Position numbers and translations under genes: made by a program | Sequence record: PQ015378.1 | Reading direction: 5' to 3' (one strand) | Length of the DNA: 64,000 nucleotides | The notes under the pieces: generated by a model | The model's database searches: none | The model's input: only the letters and a program-made list of their open reading frames with translations | What the model was told of the DNA's origin: nothing | Part shown: in pieces, positions 1 through 10,069 of the stretch | Layout: each line of letters opens with the position of its first letter | How positions within the stretch are numbered: the stretch's first letter is position 1

Positions 1-2
1 GT

Positions 3-731
3 GAACTGCTGGTTGAATGGCCTGCCGCACTGTTGAACCTGCTGGGTACCGTGAAGGAATCCAAGCAGCAAGTGGTTCCTGAGGGTGGTGCTTCTTCAGC
101 TGGCGATACTTCTGGTGGCAAGATCAAAGAAGCTGCTCAGTCTGCTATCGAAAACACCTTCCACAAGTTCACCCAAGTGGACTCCGGTGAAGCTCCAAGC
201 TCGATGTCGAATTTCCCTACCGTTACCCGCTCGCCAGTCCTGCCAGGTAACAAGGCTCTGTTCATCGGCATCAAAGACGGTGACGATTCTGCCGAGTACG
301 CTTCCGACAAATCGATGATGAAGTTTGACTTCGCTTCGACCGGTAATGCCGAAGGTGGTGAAGGTTCGGTGAAGATCCCATCGAAAGAACGCGCTCTGGC
401 TTCCCTGAACGCTGTCAAAGGTATCGTGGCCAACCTCATCGCCAAAGATACTTCGATGAACACCCTGAAGCAACTGCGTGCGAAGACTGAGAAGGATTCC
501 TACGCTGCTGACGTCATCCAAGTCTCACTGGTTCAACACCGTCAGTTCATGGGTTACCTGACCACCCTGATTAAACACTACATCTCGTTCTACAACGGTG
601 TGGTTGAGAAGGGCGACAAAGGTACCACCGCCGTAGCCGTACGTGAAAACAACAGCATGGGCAAAACCGACGGTAAGACCACTGACCGTACCAAAGAAGC
701 CGACGACGATTCCGTAGTCTCAACTCAGTAA
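3..731 (+). CDS. Internal head (inner body/ejection) protein, 5'-truncated; phiKZ gp162-like
   Basis: Frame is open from base 3 to the stop at 731, with strong phage codon bias. Position before the gp163-like/PAAR/spike/SbcC block matches phiKZ synteny. Confidence 0.5.
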   Translation, partial: ELLVEWPAALLNLLGTVKESKQQVVPEGGASSAGDTSGGKIKEAAQSAIENTFHKFTQVDSGEAPSSMSNFPTVTRSPVLPGNKALFIGIKDGDDSAEYASDKSMMKFDFASTGNAEGGEGSVKIPSKERALASLNAVKGIVANLIAKDTSMNTLKQLRAKTEKDSYAADVIQVSLVQHRQFMGYLTTLIKHYISFYNGVVEKGDKGTTAVAVRENNSMGKTDGKTTDRTKEADDDSVVSTQ

Positions 732-740
732 GGTGTCATC

Positions 741-1889
741 ATGACCGATATCACATTCAAGCAAGTGGACCATGACCTGGGTACCCTGCACCAGCAGACC
801 GTGGCTCTGGAAGGTTTCCATCGCTGGGTGGTCGGTCATGGTGCCGTTACCGGTGACGTTGCACGGGTCATCCGTGTAGCCCTGGAGGATTCCGATCCGG
901 ATGATATCTCCAAGGGCGTCACTGGTAAAGACCTCGTGACTGGCATCAAGAAAGTTTCTGTAACCATTCGGAACATTGTTCAATGGCTGCTCCGTCAGAT
1001 CGGTAAACTGATCGAGAAGATCGGTTTGGGTATCCAGAAGCTGGGTAACCTGGGTCGTGACAACGAGAAGAAACTGAAAGCGCTCGGTAATGACCAAGCT
1101 GCCAAGTTGGACAGCGGCGACGTAGAAGTAGATCCAGATGCATTCAATCCTGCAATGCTCTGTATCACTGGCAAGTTCGTGGGTCATGAGCTGGAACACG
1201 CCAAGACCTTCACTACTGTGACTCGTTGGTTCGCCAAAGACTTCATGGATCAGATGAACACTGTTCTGGATAACCTGGAAGGAGCAATCGCTCAACACCT
1301 CCAAGATGAATCTCCCGACGAGTTCATTAAGAAGGCTGCCCAGATCATCTCCAGCACTGTGCACCTGCCGAAAGTTCAAATGGGTGGCGCTGCAGGTCCA
1401 GCTGAACAAGCCGGTAGTCACACTATCCATACCGTTCCTCTGTTCGGTGACATCGGTATGGTGATGTTCGATCCGTCCAAGGCAAGCGAAGGCCTGGCAA
1501 CTGTGGAATCCGCTCGTGAGTATCTCGTGTTCGACTTCGTTGAATACAACTCCAAGCAGGAAACAGAGTTCGAGAAACTTCCAGCACCTAAGTCGGATGT
1601 TCTGCTCAAGCTGAACCAAGAGATGCTGGATGCACTGGAGTTCTGGGAATCCAACATCAAGACTTCGGCCGCGCGTCTCCGCAAGACACTGGAAGGCGTT
1701 GAATCGTCTACCAGCAAGATCGGTACTGGCGACTCCGCCGCAACCGCTCAAGCTACCATGGGTAACATCATGGCCACCACCATCCAACGTTTGGGTGCTG
1801 GTATGGATAGCGGATCGAAATACCTGGCTCGTACGTTCAACCAAGAGTTGCACTACATCAGCACCACGATCGCTGCCACATCGAAATGA
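741..1889 (+). CDS. Internal head protein, phiKZ gp163-like paralog family
   Basis: 382 aa, SD AAGGTG. N-terminal ALE motifs (VALEG, VALED) resemble prohead-protease sites. Synteny. Confidence 0.55.
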   Translation: MTDITFKQVDHDLGTLHQQTVALEGFHRWVVGHGAVTGDVARVIRVALEDSDPDDISKGVTGKDLVTGIKKVSVTIRNIVQWLLRQIGKLIEKIGLGIQKLGNLGRDNEKKLKALGNDQAAKLDSGDVEVDPDAFNPAMLCITGKFVGHELEHAKTFTTVTRWFAKDFMDQMNTVLDNLEGAIAQHLQDESPDEFIKKAAQIISSTVHLPKVQMGGAAGPAEQAGSHTIHTVPLFGDIGMVMFDPSKASEGLATVESAREYLVFDFVEYNSKQETEFEKLPAPKSDVLLKLNQEMLDALEFWESNIKTSAARLRKTLEGVESSTSKIGTGDSAATAQATMGNIMATTIQRLGAGMDSGSKYLARTFNQELHYISTTIAATSK

Positions 1890-1922
1890 CATAAGGCTTC
1901 CCCGAAGGGAAGCCATTATGCC
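1888..1922. terminator. Bidirectional hairpin terminator between convergent genes
   Basis: gacataa-GGCTTCCC-cgaa-GGGAAGCC-attatgcc; TTCG loop on the minus strand. Confidence 0.8.
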
Positions 1923-1923
1923 G

Positions 1924-2190
1924 TTATGCAAAGCAAGTGTGTTTCGCACTACCCGTAGCTGCGTGATCACACGAAGCCTTCTTTCCAGCCAATACCACAG
2001 GAATACCCATCACTGTTAGGATGCCGCTCCCTTCAACCATCACAGGAGCCGCGTGGGGGCCGTTACCGTGCGGTTCGACAGCATCTCCCACCAACGACAC
2101 TGGTGCGCCGTTAATCGTCAGTATAGGGCTTCCTGGGCCCTTTATCTGCCCACCTGCAGAATCGATCTGTACACAACTAATTCCAGGCAT
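1924..2190 (-). CDS. PAAR-like spike tip protein
   Basis: 88 aa: ING.PV..VGD....H....H, then ..G....V.G.PV..AG..ASC.H, the PAAR-type metal ligand pattern. Immediately downstream of the spike gene. Confidence 0.8.
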   Translation of the reverse strand: MPGISCVQIDSAGGQIKGPGSPILTINGAPVSLVGDAVEPHGNGPHAAPVMVEGSGILTVMGIPVVLAGKKASCDHAATGSAKHTCFA

Positions 2191-2192
2191 GA

Positions 2193-3086
2193 TTACCCCA
2201 CAATAGCAAAGCCACCCGGAGCACGCGCAGTGATACGTCCGCCACCAATGGTGAGCTTCGGAGAACTGATCGTGTAGTCGGGGGAAGTTTCGGTTGCTTT
2301 AGAAGAAGCAGTCAACGAGAAGGTAGAAGTCTTCTCTTCGATAGAGTCTGGAGTCATCGTGTAAGTCGTGCCACCACAGATCAATGTGATCTTGGCATTG
2401 GCAGACATGGTGATCTCTTGACCCTCGATTTTGATGAACGTCCCATCTGCGTTCTTCAGCTGTAATAGCTTCTGGGCAGAGATGATCTCGAACTCTTGGT
2501 TGTTCTGGTCAGTCAGAGTGAACTCAGAACGTTCAGTGTTGAACTGCATGCGCCAGGCGTTAGGCTCACCGTTGGCTTTGGAAGTACCAATGGTGAAGTT
2601 CTTGTCATGTGCAGACACCGCCATGAAATAGCAGGTATTGAAGTCAATACCGCCACCACCTGGATTAGGGGAAGCGTTCCAGGTATAGACCACAGACTCT
2701 AGTGCCCTGAGACCGTTTTTGAGAGCCATAGAGCGCCAGTAGTACTGATCGGTGTCGCCCAGGCGCCAGACCTCAATAAGCTCGTTACGCATCACGTCAG
2801 GAGGCGTAGCGCGGTTGTCTTCGCCCGGTAACCATTCACATGGCATCGAGCGTTCTTGTGTGGTCTTTACTTGGTGGGTTTGACCAGCTTGGTCTTGCCA
2901 TTCGCGGACTACTTCTTTCGGATCGAACTTGATCTCCCCGTTAGTAGCCATTGCCTTCTCGTTCATAAGAACGTTAAGGGTAAAAGAGTTCCGTGGTTTG
3001 TTTTCTTTTGCTGTGCCGATTGAGACCAATCTGAATATCGATGCGGCTTGGCCGCTCATTGGTTTATCAGAAGCTTGTTGTTCCAT
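2193..3086 (-). CDS. Baseplate central spike / cell-puncturing protein (gpV/gp5-like; phiKZ gp164-like)
   Basis: Start revised to ATG 3086 (SD AAGGT), 297 aa. N-terminal OB-like part and a beta-strand-rich Thr/Ser C-terminus. Adjacent to PAAR. Confidence 0.7.
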   Translation of the reverse strand: MEQQASDKPMSGQAASIFRLVSIGTAKENKPRNSFTLNVLMNEKAMATNGEIKFDPKEVVREWQDQAGQTHQVKTTQERSMPCEWLPGEDNRATPPDVMRNELIEVWRLGDTDQYYWRSMALKNGLRALESVVYTWNASPNPGGGGIDFNTCYFMAVSAHDKNFTIGTSKANGEPNAWRMQFNTERSEFTLTDQNNQEFEIISAQKLLQLKNADGTFIKIEGQEITMSANAKITLICGGTTYTMTPDSIEEKTSTFSLTASSKATETSPDYTISSPKLTIGGGRITARAPGGFAIVG

Positions 3087-3118
3087 TTTGGTTACCTTGA
3101 AGAAATACTTGAGAGCCA

Positions 3119-3172
3119 GATCTAATGTAGACACTGACGCTAAAGAATAAGGATGGGGGCTTTTTACTGTGT
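3119..3172 (+). promoter_or_regulatory. Regulatory region carrying two motifs repeated elsewhere in the window
   Basis: GATCTAATGTAGACAC (3119-3134) recurs at 30385-30400. GGGGGCTTTTTACTGTGT (3155-3172) recurs at 57255-57272. Confidence 0.55.
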
Positions 3173-5664
3173 ATCTTAGACTCGTTAAACTCGAGAAGTA
3201 TAAACGACTTATGTTGGCAAACATCCAAAGCTTGGAATGGACACCAACAAAGAACCTGATGATGATCATCGGGAAGAATGGTTGTGGTAAGTCGTCTCTA
3301 CTCGCAGAGTTGAGTCCTCTTCCTTCTCACCATACCCAATTCGAGAAAGGTGGTAGCAAGACTGTACATTGTACTTATAAAGGGTGTACATATGAATTGG
3401 TCTCCACTTATGACAAAGGAACCGGTCATCACTCGTTCAAACGCGACGGTGAAGAATTGAACGAAGGCCGGACTTATCAAGTTCAGCTGGATTTGGTATC
3501 CCAGGAATTTAACGGACTCAATGATGACGTCCAAGACATCCTGACTGGGCGGACTAAGTTTTCTCAGTTGCCAGTAAACAAACGTCGAGATTGGTTGACC
3601 AAGATGTCGCCAGTAGATCTCGGTTATGCTTTCCATCTGTTAGCAAAAGTCAACGAAGCGGGTAAGGCGCAGAAGAACGTAGTTGACCACCTGACCAAAC
3701 GTCTGTCTAACGAGAACATCGACATGATCGATGCTTCTGAGATGACTCGATTGAAACAGGAACGGGAACGGTTGACCGCACGAGTGAATGATCTGTTCCG
3801 TCATCGTAACCCAGCTACCAAACAAGGTTGGGCACACGTTCACGCGGCAAAGGACGAACTCAATGCAATCATGCATGATGCAAAGATCCTTTTGCGTCAG
3901 TATCCACGACTTACCGACTCGGTTCGTGTAAAAGACAAAGGCGAGTTCGCTGATCTCTCTAACGAGCGCCTGTCCAAAGTCAAAGCTTCGCAAGCTGTAA
4001 TTGACCGCCTGATCGAAGAACTGGAAATGGTGAAAGCCACAGCTCCAGAACAAGTCGAGAAGGTTTCTCCTGAGGACATTCAAGAACTGCGAGATCGTCT
4101 CCGTGAACATCAAGACAGTGTTGCACAATCTAAAGCTCGCTGCGAAAGTTACTGCGGCCCTTACCCCCTTAGCCCTGTGGGTCTGTTCGGGGACCCCCGT
4201 GCAAAACTCGAGGACGCGTTCAACCGGGGATACGAGATCATCCTTACGATCCCGGATAACGCAACTGGAGAATATTCAACGGCGAGAGCTCGCGAAGTCC
4301 GCGAGAAGCTAGCTGCGGATAAAACGAAACTGCGTAGCATCGAAGAGTTCATTGCAGCGACAATGAAACGGATCGCTACTTTGAAAGGTTGTGATCATGT
4401 TCAATGCCCTAACTGCTCGCATACGTTCGTACCCGGAGTCGACCCTCTGGACATCCCTCGATTCGAAGAAAAGCTCAGAGCAGCCTCTGCTGCAGAGAGC
4501 TCCGTTCAAACTGAAATCCAGCAAGCTGAGGAATACCTGGAACGATTCACTCATTACGCAGGCTTCGTCAATACCTTCCAGCAGATTGCACGTGACCACC
4601 GGGACTATGATGCAGTATGGTCTCGACTGGTCGGAGATGGTGGCCTTTACCGTAATCCACGAAATGCTGGAACTGACTTCATCGCGTGGCACTCTGCCCA
4701 AGCAGCACTCGTGGAAGCGGAAATTCACATCGAGCATGCAAAACGGATTGAAGCGCGGCTTGCCGTAATCGATGCGATCGACTTCGATGCAGCTGGGTTC
4801 ATGCAACAACGTGCAGCTAAGCTGGAAGAAGAGATCACTGAGATCATCATGCGTCAAACCGTGATGCAAGACGAAGCTCTTCGTTACACTCGTTCCGGTG
4901 CGGAAGTTGAGAAATACATCCAAGAAGTAACTCGTCTGGTCGAGAGCTACGAACAATGGCGTACTCGTTCTATCGCACATGCTGAGTGGTTGATGGACCA
5001 AGCGTTCTCCAGTGAGATCGATGAAACCCACCAACGTCTGGCCGTGGTTGGTAACCAACTGCGAGAAGCTGAACGTCGTGACACTGAAATCAAACTACTG
5101 GAGGAAACTGTAGACGATGCAGCAGATGCACATAAAGACTTCCAATTGTTGGCGAAAGCTCTGTCGCCAAAAGGCGGTCTCATTGGGCAATACCTGCTGG
5201 GGTTCTTGCAAGGCGTTACGCAGATCGTCAATGCTGTCGTTGATGAACTGTGGACTTACCCAATGGAAGTTCTGCCTTCCAAGATGGATCGTGATGATCT
5301 TGATTACAAGTTCCCACTGCGTGTAGCTAACGGTGCGGTTGAAGCAGCTGATATCGATCTGGGTTCTGACTCCCAGCGTGAAGTTGTTAACCATGCATTC
5401 CAAATGGCAATCATGCGGTTCATGGGCTTTGAAGACTTCCCACTACACCTGGATGAATTCGGTCGTACGTTCGATGAACAACACCGAGCTAACCTGGTTC
5501 CATACGTGAGTCGTCTAATCGAGCTGGGTACTTGCCAACAGATCTTCTACATCTCACACTTCGAATCTACCCATGGTGCTTTCAACCAAGCCGAGTTCGC
5601 TGTGCTAGACCCAACCAACATCACAGTCCCCGAGCACTACAACAAAAACGTCGTGATCAAATAA
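3169..5664 (+). CDS. sbcC: SbcC/Rad50-like SMC ATPase (phiKZ gp165-like)
   Basis: Walker A GKNGCGKS, long coiled coil with CPNC zinc hook, Walker B/D-loop LHLDEFGRTFD, H-loop ISH. GTG start. Confidence 0.9.
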   Translation: MYLRLVKLEKYKRLMLANIQSLEWTPTKNLMMIIGKNGCGKSSLLAELSPLPSHHTQFEKGGSKTVHCTYKGCTYELVSTYDKGTGHHSFKRDGEELNEGRTYQVQLDLVSQEFNGLNDDVQDILTGRTKFSQLPVNKRRDWLTKMSPVDLGYAFHLLAKVNEAGKAQKNVVDHLTKRLSNENIDMIDASEMTRLKQERERLTARVNDLFRHRNPATKQGWAHVHAAKDELNAIMHDAKILLRQYPRLTDSVRVKDKGEFADLSNERLSKVKASQAVIDRLIEELEMVKATAPEQVEKVSPEDIQELRDRLREHQDSVAQSKARCESYCGPYPLSPVGLFGDPRAKLEDAFNRGYEIILTIPDNATGEYSTARAREVREKLAADKTKLRSIEEFIAATMKRIATLKGCDHVQCPNCSHTFVPGVDPLDIPRFEEKLRAASAAESSVQTEIQQAEEYLERFTHYAGFVNTFQQIARDHRDYDAVWSRLVGDGGLYRNPRNAGTDFIAWHSAQAALVEAEIHIEHAKRIEARLAVIDAIDFDAAGFMQQRAAKLEEEITEIIMRQTVMQDEALRYTRSGAEVEKYIQEVTRLVESYEQWRTRSIAHAEWLMDQAFSSEIDETHQRLAVVGNQLREAERRDTEIKLLEETVDDAADAHKDFQLLAKALSPKGGLIGQYLLGFLQGVTQIVNAVVDELWTYPMEVLPSKMDRDDLDYKFPLRVANGAVEAADIDLGSDSQREVVNHAFQMAIMRFMGFEDFPLHLDEFGRTFDEQHRANLVPYVSRLIELGTCQQIFYISHFESTHGAFNQAEFAVLDPTNITVPEHYNKNVVIK

Positions 5665-5666
5665 GC

Positions 5667-5692
5667 GCGGGGCTTCGGCCCTGCTTTGTTTT
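5667..5692 (+). terminator. Intrinsic terminator
   Basis: GCGGGGC-ttcg-GCCCTGC followed by tttgtttt. Confidence 0.8.
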
Positions 5693-5708
5693 GCATCGAA
5701 TCTCAGAT

Positions 5709-5724
5709 CTATATTACAGTAGTG
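5709..5724 (+). promoter_or_regulatory. Putative early promoter
   Basis: CTATATTAC-N5-TG; contains the phiKZ early TATTAC motif. Confidence 0.7.
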
Positions 5725-5744
5725 AATATTCTGGAGACAAATCA

Positions 5745-6269
5745 ATGTCTGACATCTATACACTTCCCGCTTTGGTTAAGTCGTATGGCTTAACTATCGA
5801 ACAATGGTTCGACCCCAAATGGAACTTCATGAACCCGTGGAAGTTGAAGTACTTCTATCGTGGTCGTCGAGTTAATCTGATTCGTGGTGAAGGACCTTTG
5901 CCTGAACGCTTCGAAGTCAGTGCTGTAAAAGGCCAAGCCAATCGTCCACTCATGTGGGTACACAAATGGGAACAACTCACGGTCAGTGAGGAAAACCTGT
6001 TGGACTGGATGAATGTCTATGGTAAGACTGACAAACGTTGGTCTGTACTCAATACCTTCGGTGTCAGTGGTTTTGATGCCTGGGTGGGTGAGAACACCAA
6101 GACCGGTCCATCGAAACTGATGTGGCACATCGCCAACACCAAAGCAAAAGACATCCACGATTCCATGCCTGAGGAACCTGAGTTGGATATACCGTTCCTC
6201 GGTAAAGAAGTATCGTGGACTGACCGCGCAATCGCAACTGTAACTGGCATCATCCGTCTTGTGAGGTAA
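5745..6269 (+). CDS. Hypothetical protein (174 aa)
   Basis: ATG 5745 with SD GGAG, downstream of the promoter; start revised from the ORF track. Confidence 0.75.
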   Translation: MSDIYTLPALVKSYGLTIEQWFDPKWNFMNPWKLKYFYRGRRVNLIRGEGPLPERFEVSAVKGQANRPLMWVHKWEQLTVSEENLLDWMNVYGKTDKRWSVLNTFGVSGFDAWVGENTKTGPSKLMWHIANTKAKDIHDSMPEEPELDIPFLGKEVSWTDRAIATVTGIIRLVR

Positions 6270-6271
6270 CA

Positions 6272-6661
6272 ATGGAACGCAACTACTTCGAACAACCCGC
6301 TTACCAATTCCGTACTCCCCGCTTCCGAGCAATGGTAGTGCCGGAAAAGGGTCTGTTGATCCAGACGTGGGTTTGCGCACCCGAAGATACCATGGACCAA
6401 TCCAAGTGGTTCTACTGCCTTGAAGTCCATCATCCAGATGGCAAGGTAGAGCGTCATTATTACCTGGAGCTGGCCCAAGCATTGCTCTATCGTGCACACT
6501 GTGCCGGTGAGAAGGTTGCTCTGATCACCATCGATCCACCACAGGATCTGATGGCCATGATGAATGGACAGATGGAACGCGTTATCGCACGAGTTGCAGA
6601 TGACGGTGTTCCCCTGTGGCCAGGCTATTCCCTGCAAGAAGTTCTCAGCATCCGTTCGTGA
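6272..6661 (+). CDS. Hypothetical protein
   Basis: SD GAGGT, operon spacing. Confidence 0.75.
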   Translation: MERNYFEQPAYQFRTPRFRAMVVPEKGLLIQTWVCAPEDTMDQSKWFYCLEVHHPDGKVERHYYLELAQALLYRAHCAGEKVALITIDPPQDLMAMMNGQMERVIARVADDGVPLWPGYSLQEVLSIRS

Positions 6662-6668
6662 GGTCTAA

Positions 6669-6863
6669 ATGTCTACATTTGCCGATATGGCTCGCCGCAG
6701 TGGTTCCCGTTCTACCGACAAACTGATGGGTTTGATGGAACTCGCAGACCGTGCGCTTAACCGTGATCCGAATATCGCACAACGGATTACTTCGGTGGAA
6801 CTCAGCTGGGTGGAGAAAGGTGGTGAACTGCTACCGGAAGTAAAGATGCAATTTAAAGAGTGA
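6669..6863 (+). CDS. Small hypothetical protein, paralog of 7374-7547
   Basis: SD GAGGT; shares the TDKL...RDP...V.L.W....LPEV...FK pattern. Confidence 0.75.
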   Translation: MSTFADMARRSGSRSTDKLMGLMELADRALNRDPNIAQRITSVELSWVEKGGELLPEVKMQFKE

Positions 6864-6882
6864 ATTGAAACTTTTTAAAAGG

Positions 6883-6898
6883 CTATATTACTTCTGTG
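6883..6898 (+). promoter_or_regulatory. Putative early promoter
   Basis: CTATATTAC-N5-TG. Confidence 0.7.
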
Positions 6899-6923
6899 CA
6901 TAAACCACCAAAAGGATTCACCA

Positions 6924-7172
6924 ATGATTGAATTGATCCAAAACATGGACTGGGTTCTCAAAGTCACTCTCGGCTTGTGGCTCATCGTCTTCCTACTCCA
7001 GATCGGCCTGGGTGCTATCCTGTCGGTGATCGTCCTCGCGATCTCTGCATTGCATCCAGTCACTGGCATCATCATGGGTGTGATCAGTGCGATCGCGTGC
7101 TGGCTGTTGCTCGTCGGTCGCTGGGTCTTCCTGATCTGGTCATGCTTTATCTTGCTCGGCTACCTGTTCTAA
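6924..7172 (+). CDS. Small multi-pass membrane protein
   Basis: 82 aa, almost entirely hydrophobic; SD AAGGA. Confidence 0.75.
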   Translation: MIELIQNMDWVLKVTLGLWLIVFLLQIGLGAILSVIVLAISALHPVTGIIMGVISAIACWLLLVGRWVFLIWSCFILLGYLF

Positions 7173-7199
7173 ACGTAATCCAATCTAAGGAGTTCCACC

Positions 7200-7367
7200 A
7201 TGTCTCGATTCACTGTTAAGCTCGGCCCAGTTAGCTACAACGTCAACACTGGTAAAGTCAACTTCGACCGCCGGACTATCAAAGGTCAGGCATTGTGGAA
7301 ACACCTGGCTTACGCAGCCGCAGGTACCATCTGCACAATCGCCCTCGCAAAAGCACTACAGGACTAA
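7200..7367 (+). CDS. Small protein with C-terminal hydrophobic helix (55 aa; not in ORF track)
   Basis: SD AAGGAG; MSRFTVKLGPVSYNVNTG...LAYAAAGTICTIALAKALQD. Confidence 0.75.
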   Translation: MSRFTVKLGPVSYNVNTGKVNFDRRTIKGQALWKHLAYAAAGTICTIALAKALQD

Positions 7368-7373
7368 AACGAA

Positions 7374-7547
7374 ATGGTCGCATCCAAAGGTACTGACAAA
7401 CTCCGCCTCCTGACTGAAGCTGCACAGGAAGCAGTTCGTCGTGATCCAGCCTTGCTGGACAAGCTGGCAGAAGTCAAGCTCACCTGGCGTGAACCTCATA
7501 GCAGTGATGCCGGTCCTCTGCCGGAAGTCTGCATCCGCTTCAAGTAA
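7374..7547 (+). CDS. Small hypothetical protein (57 aa; not in ORF track), paralog of 6669-6863
   Basis: MVASKGTDKLRLLTEAAQEAVRRDPALLDKLAEVKLTWREPHSSDAGPLPEVCIRFK. Confidence 0.75.
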   Translation: MVASKGTDKLRLLTEAAQEAVRRDPALLDKLAEVKLTWREPHSSDAGPLPEVCIRFK

Positions 7548-7583
7548 CACCTAACCTTCAAAATCGTAAAACGGAGATACACC

Positions 7584-7745
7584 ATGAAACTGTCCACCAT
7601 CCTGAAAGCAGCAGCAGTAATCGGCGTCGGCTACCTGGCCTACCAAGCACTCACCGGTGGCGAAGGCGAAGTCGAAATCCCAGAAGCACCGGCGGTACCT
7701 GAGCTTCCAGCTCCGGAAGACGTCATCGTCGAGCAGTCTGCCTAA
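7584..7745 (+). CDS. Small single-pass membrane protein with acidic Pro-rich tail (53 aa; not in ORF track)
   Basis: SD GGAG; MKLSTILKAAAVIGVGYLAYQALTGGEGEVEIPEAPAVPELPAPEDVIVEQSA. Confidence 0.75.
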   Translation: MKLSTILKAAAVIGVGYLAYQALTGGEGEVEIPEAPAVPELPAPEDVIVEQSA

Positions 7746-7753
7746 CGGCATAT

Positions 7754-7779
7754 TGCCCCCTCCTTAACGGGAGGGGGCA
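7754..7779. terminator. Bidirectional terminator
   Basis: 10-bp stem TGCCCCCTCC/GGAGGGGGCA between convergent genes. Confidence 0.8.
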
Positions 7780-7795
7780 GTGGCATGATTTTCTT

Positions 7796-8323
<528 letters not shown>

Positions 8324-8330
8324 TCATAAG

Positions 8331-8882
8331 ATGTTCTCGTTTATCCGTAGTAAATACAGGGCCTGGACAGTTCGTAACAAGTTGGAGCGTTACGAGGCTC
8401 TCATCGAGGACATCGATGGGGGCAACTGTAAACCTGAAGAGTTCGCCCTCAAGCTCAAAGAGTTCTGGCGGTTGTTTGATATGGAGTTGCTGAACGATCT
8501 CTCCGTTCGCGACGTCATGGGTCACCAAGTGTTACTGCGCCACCGCACGTTCGGTCAGTTGTTCCATCTGTTTGTTGATGCGAACGACGCCATCGCCAAA
8601 GAAGAAGACTCTCGTATCGAGTACGTCACTCGTACGGGAATGGGTCAACAGGCAGATGTAGATCTGGAGTCGTACTTCCAAGATCCGCAAGAAGGCTACC
8701 TGACGATCCGTGAGTGTTTCGACCGTATTCGTCTGTTGCTGATTGCCCATTGTGGGATCACCGAAAACATCGAAGGCACTTACGGCCAACGCAAAATGCT
8801 TCATGTGTATTACGACATCCTCCAACTCTCGGATGTCATCCTCGACGTCATCGAACAGAAGGAGTTCACTGACACTCAATAA
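8331..8882 (+). CDS. Conserved jumbo-phage hypothetical protein
   Basis: Start revised to ATG 8331 (SD GGAG); 183 aa. Confidence 0.7.
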   Translation: MFSFIRSKYRAWTVRNKLERYEALIEDIDGGNCKPEEFALKLKEFWRLFDMELLNDLSVRDVMGHQVLLRHRTFGQLFHLFVDANDAIAKEEDSRIEYVTRTGMGQQADVDLESYFQDPQEGYLTIRECFDRIRLLLIAHCGITENIEGTYGQRKMLHVYYDILQLSDVILDVIEQKEFTDTQ

Positions 8883-8933
8883 CCCGCACTGCAACGCCAA
8901 ACTTCAACAAACTCACCGTAGGTGTAACGCAAC

Positions 8934-9683
8934 ATGGAATCCGTAAAAGATCTGCTGTCAGATCCACTCAAAGGCAAGAACCATGCACAAGGCGTACTGT
9001 GCTTCCTCTTTCGTGAAGTACTACTCTGGCGTCGTGTTAACACGATCGTCTGGAACAAACGTCTGAATGCGTTCTTCGAGAAACCGCACAACCAAGAGAA
9101 GCCGGACAAAGGTAACCTGAACAAGGCCCTGTTGAACGACGACTTGCCGTGGGCTGGTTTCAAGAAGGCTATCGATTTCCTGTCTCCCCTGGAGGCGAAA
9201 TTGCACATGGCCTTCACTTGGAGTGACGGGCGAACTGTGGAATACGAAATCGTAGTTGATCCAGCTGCGAACGAGAAGACGCATTACGCGGACGTTCTCA
9301 CGTACGACACGAGCAAAGTGTTCGCTTCTGCAAAGAAACCAATCGGTACACTGGCATACCTCTACCGCCACATCGTGGACAAAGAAGTGCCAGACTCCGA
9401 ACAGTGGGACAAACTGTTCCAGGAGTATGCCGACAATCCAATCAACAACTACGGGGTTAAGAAAGCGGAACTTAACTCCAACGTAAGTCAGCTCCGTCGG
9501 GGCTTGATGGAAAACAAACTGTCGTGGAACCAGTTCCGCCGCGGTATCCTGCTGTTGAAACCACAGAAGGAAGTATATACCCTCAAGCTGAAATGGACTG
9601 ACGATCCAGTAATGCTGAAGAGCATGCCGGATGATAAGTTCTCTGCTGAAATCGTGAACCAATACACAGGAGTAGAAGCATGA
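8934..9683 (+). CDS. Conserved jumbo-phage hypothetical protein with apparent internal duplication
   Basis: 249 aa. GVLCFLFREVL...L.W..F.K.I.FL.P recurs as GTLAYLYRHIV...LSWNQFRRGILLLKP. Confidence 0.7.
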   Translation: MESVKDLLSDPLKGKNHAQGVLCFLFREVLLWRRVNTIVWNKRLNAFFEKPHNQEKPDKGNLNKALLNDDLPWAGFKKAIDFLSPLEAKLHMAFTWSDGRTVEYEIVVDPAANEKTHYADVLTYDTSKVFASAKKPIGTLAYLYRHIVDKEVPDSEQWDKLFQEYADNPINNYGVKKAELNSNVSQLRRGLMENKLSWNQFRRGILLLKPQKEVYTLKLKWTDDPVMLKSMPDDKFSAEIVNQYTGVEA

Positions 9684-10063
9684 CCAAGGTACTGAACCTC
9701 GATGATATCAACCGGGACAATCCGTTCTCGTTTGATAACCTCACGCCGAAACAAACGGCTACAGGGCTCCGGTTCAACACGTATCGTGGGTTGAGGATGT
9801 ATCTGATCACCGGGTCGAAAGACACCGCGTGGTTGCATGCGAAGTATCCCCATGACTTCACCCCCCTGTACCAAAAGGAAGCACCGTGGGTCTACATCAA
9901 AGACCTGCGGGAGATCCTGCTGGAATCCCTGAAGCGTGACATCGCCAGTCGTCGTCTGATTGGCCTGGTTGCAAACCGCAAAACGCAAGTCGTCACCAAT
10001 GACACCAGTGAGCTGGGTCAGATGTGGCACTCTGTGGTTAGCGAGGTTGTGAAAGGTCTGTAA
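9680..10063 (+). CDS. Hypothetical protein
   Basis: ATGA overlap with the upstream gene; SD GGAG. Confidence 0.75.
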   Translation: MTKVLNLDDINRDNPFSFDNLTPKQTATGLRFNTYRGLRMYLITGSKDTAWLHAKYPHDFTPLYQKEAPWVYIKDLREILLESLKRDIASRRLIGLVANRKTQVVTNDTSELGQMWHSVVSEVVKGL

Positions 10064-10069
10064 GCAAAC

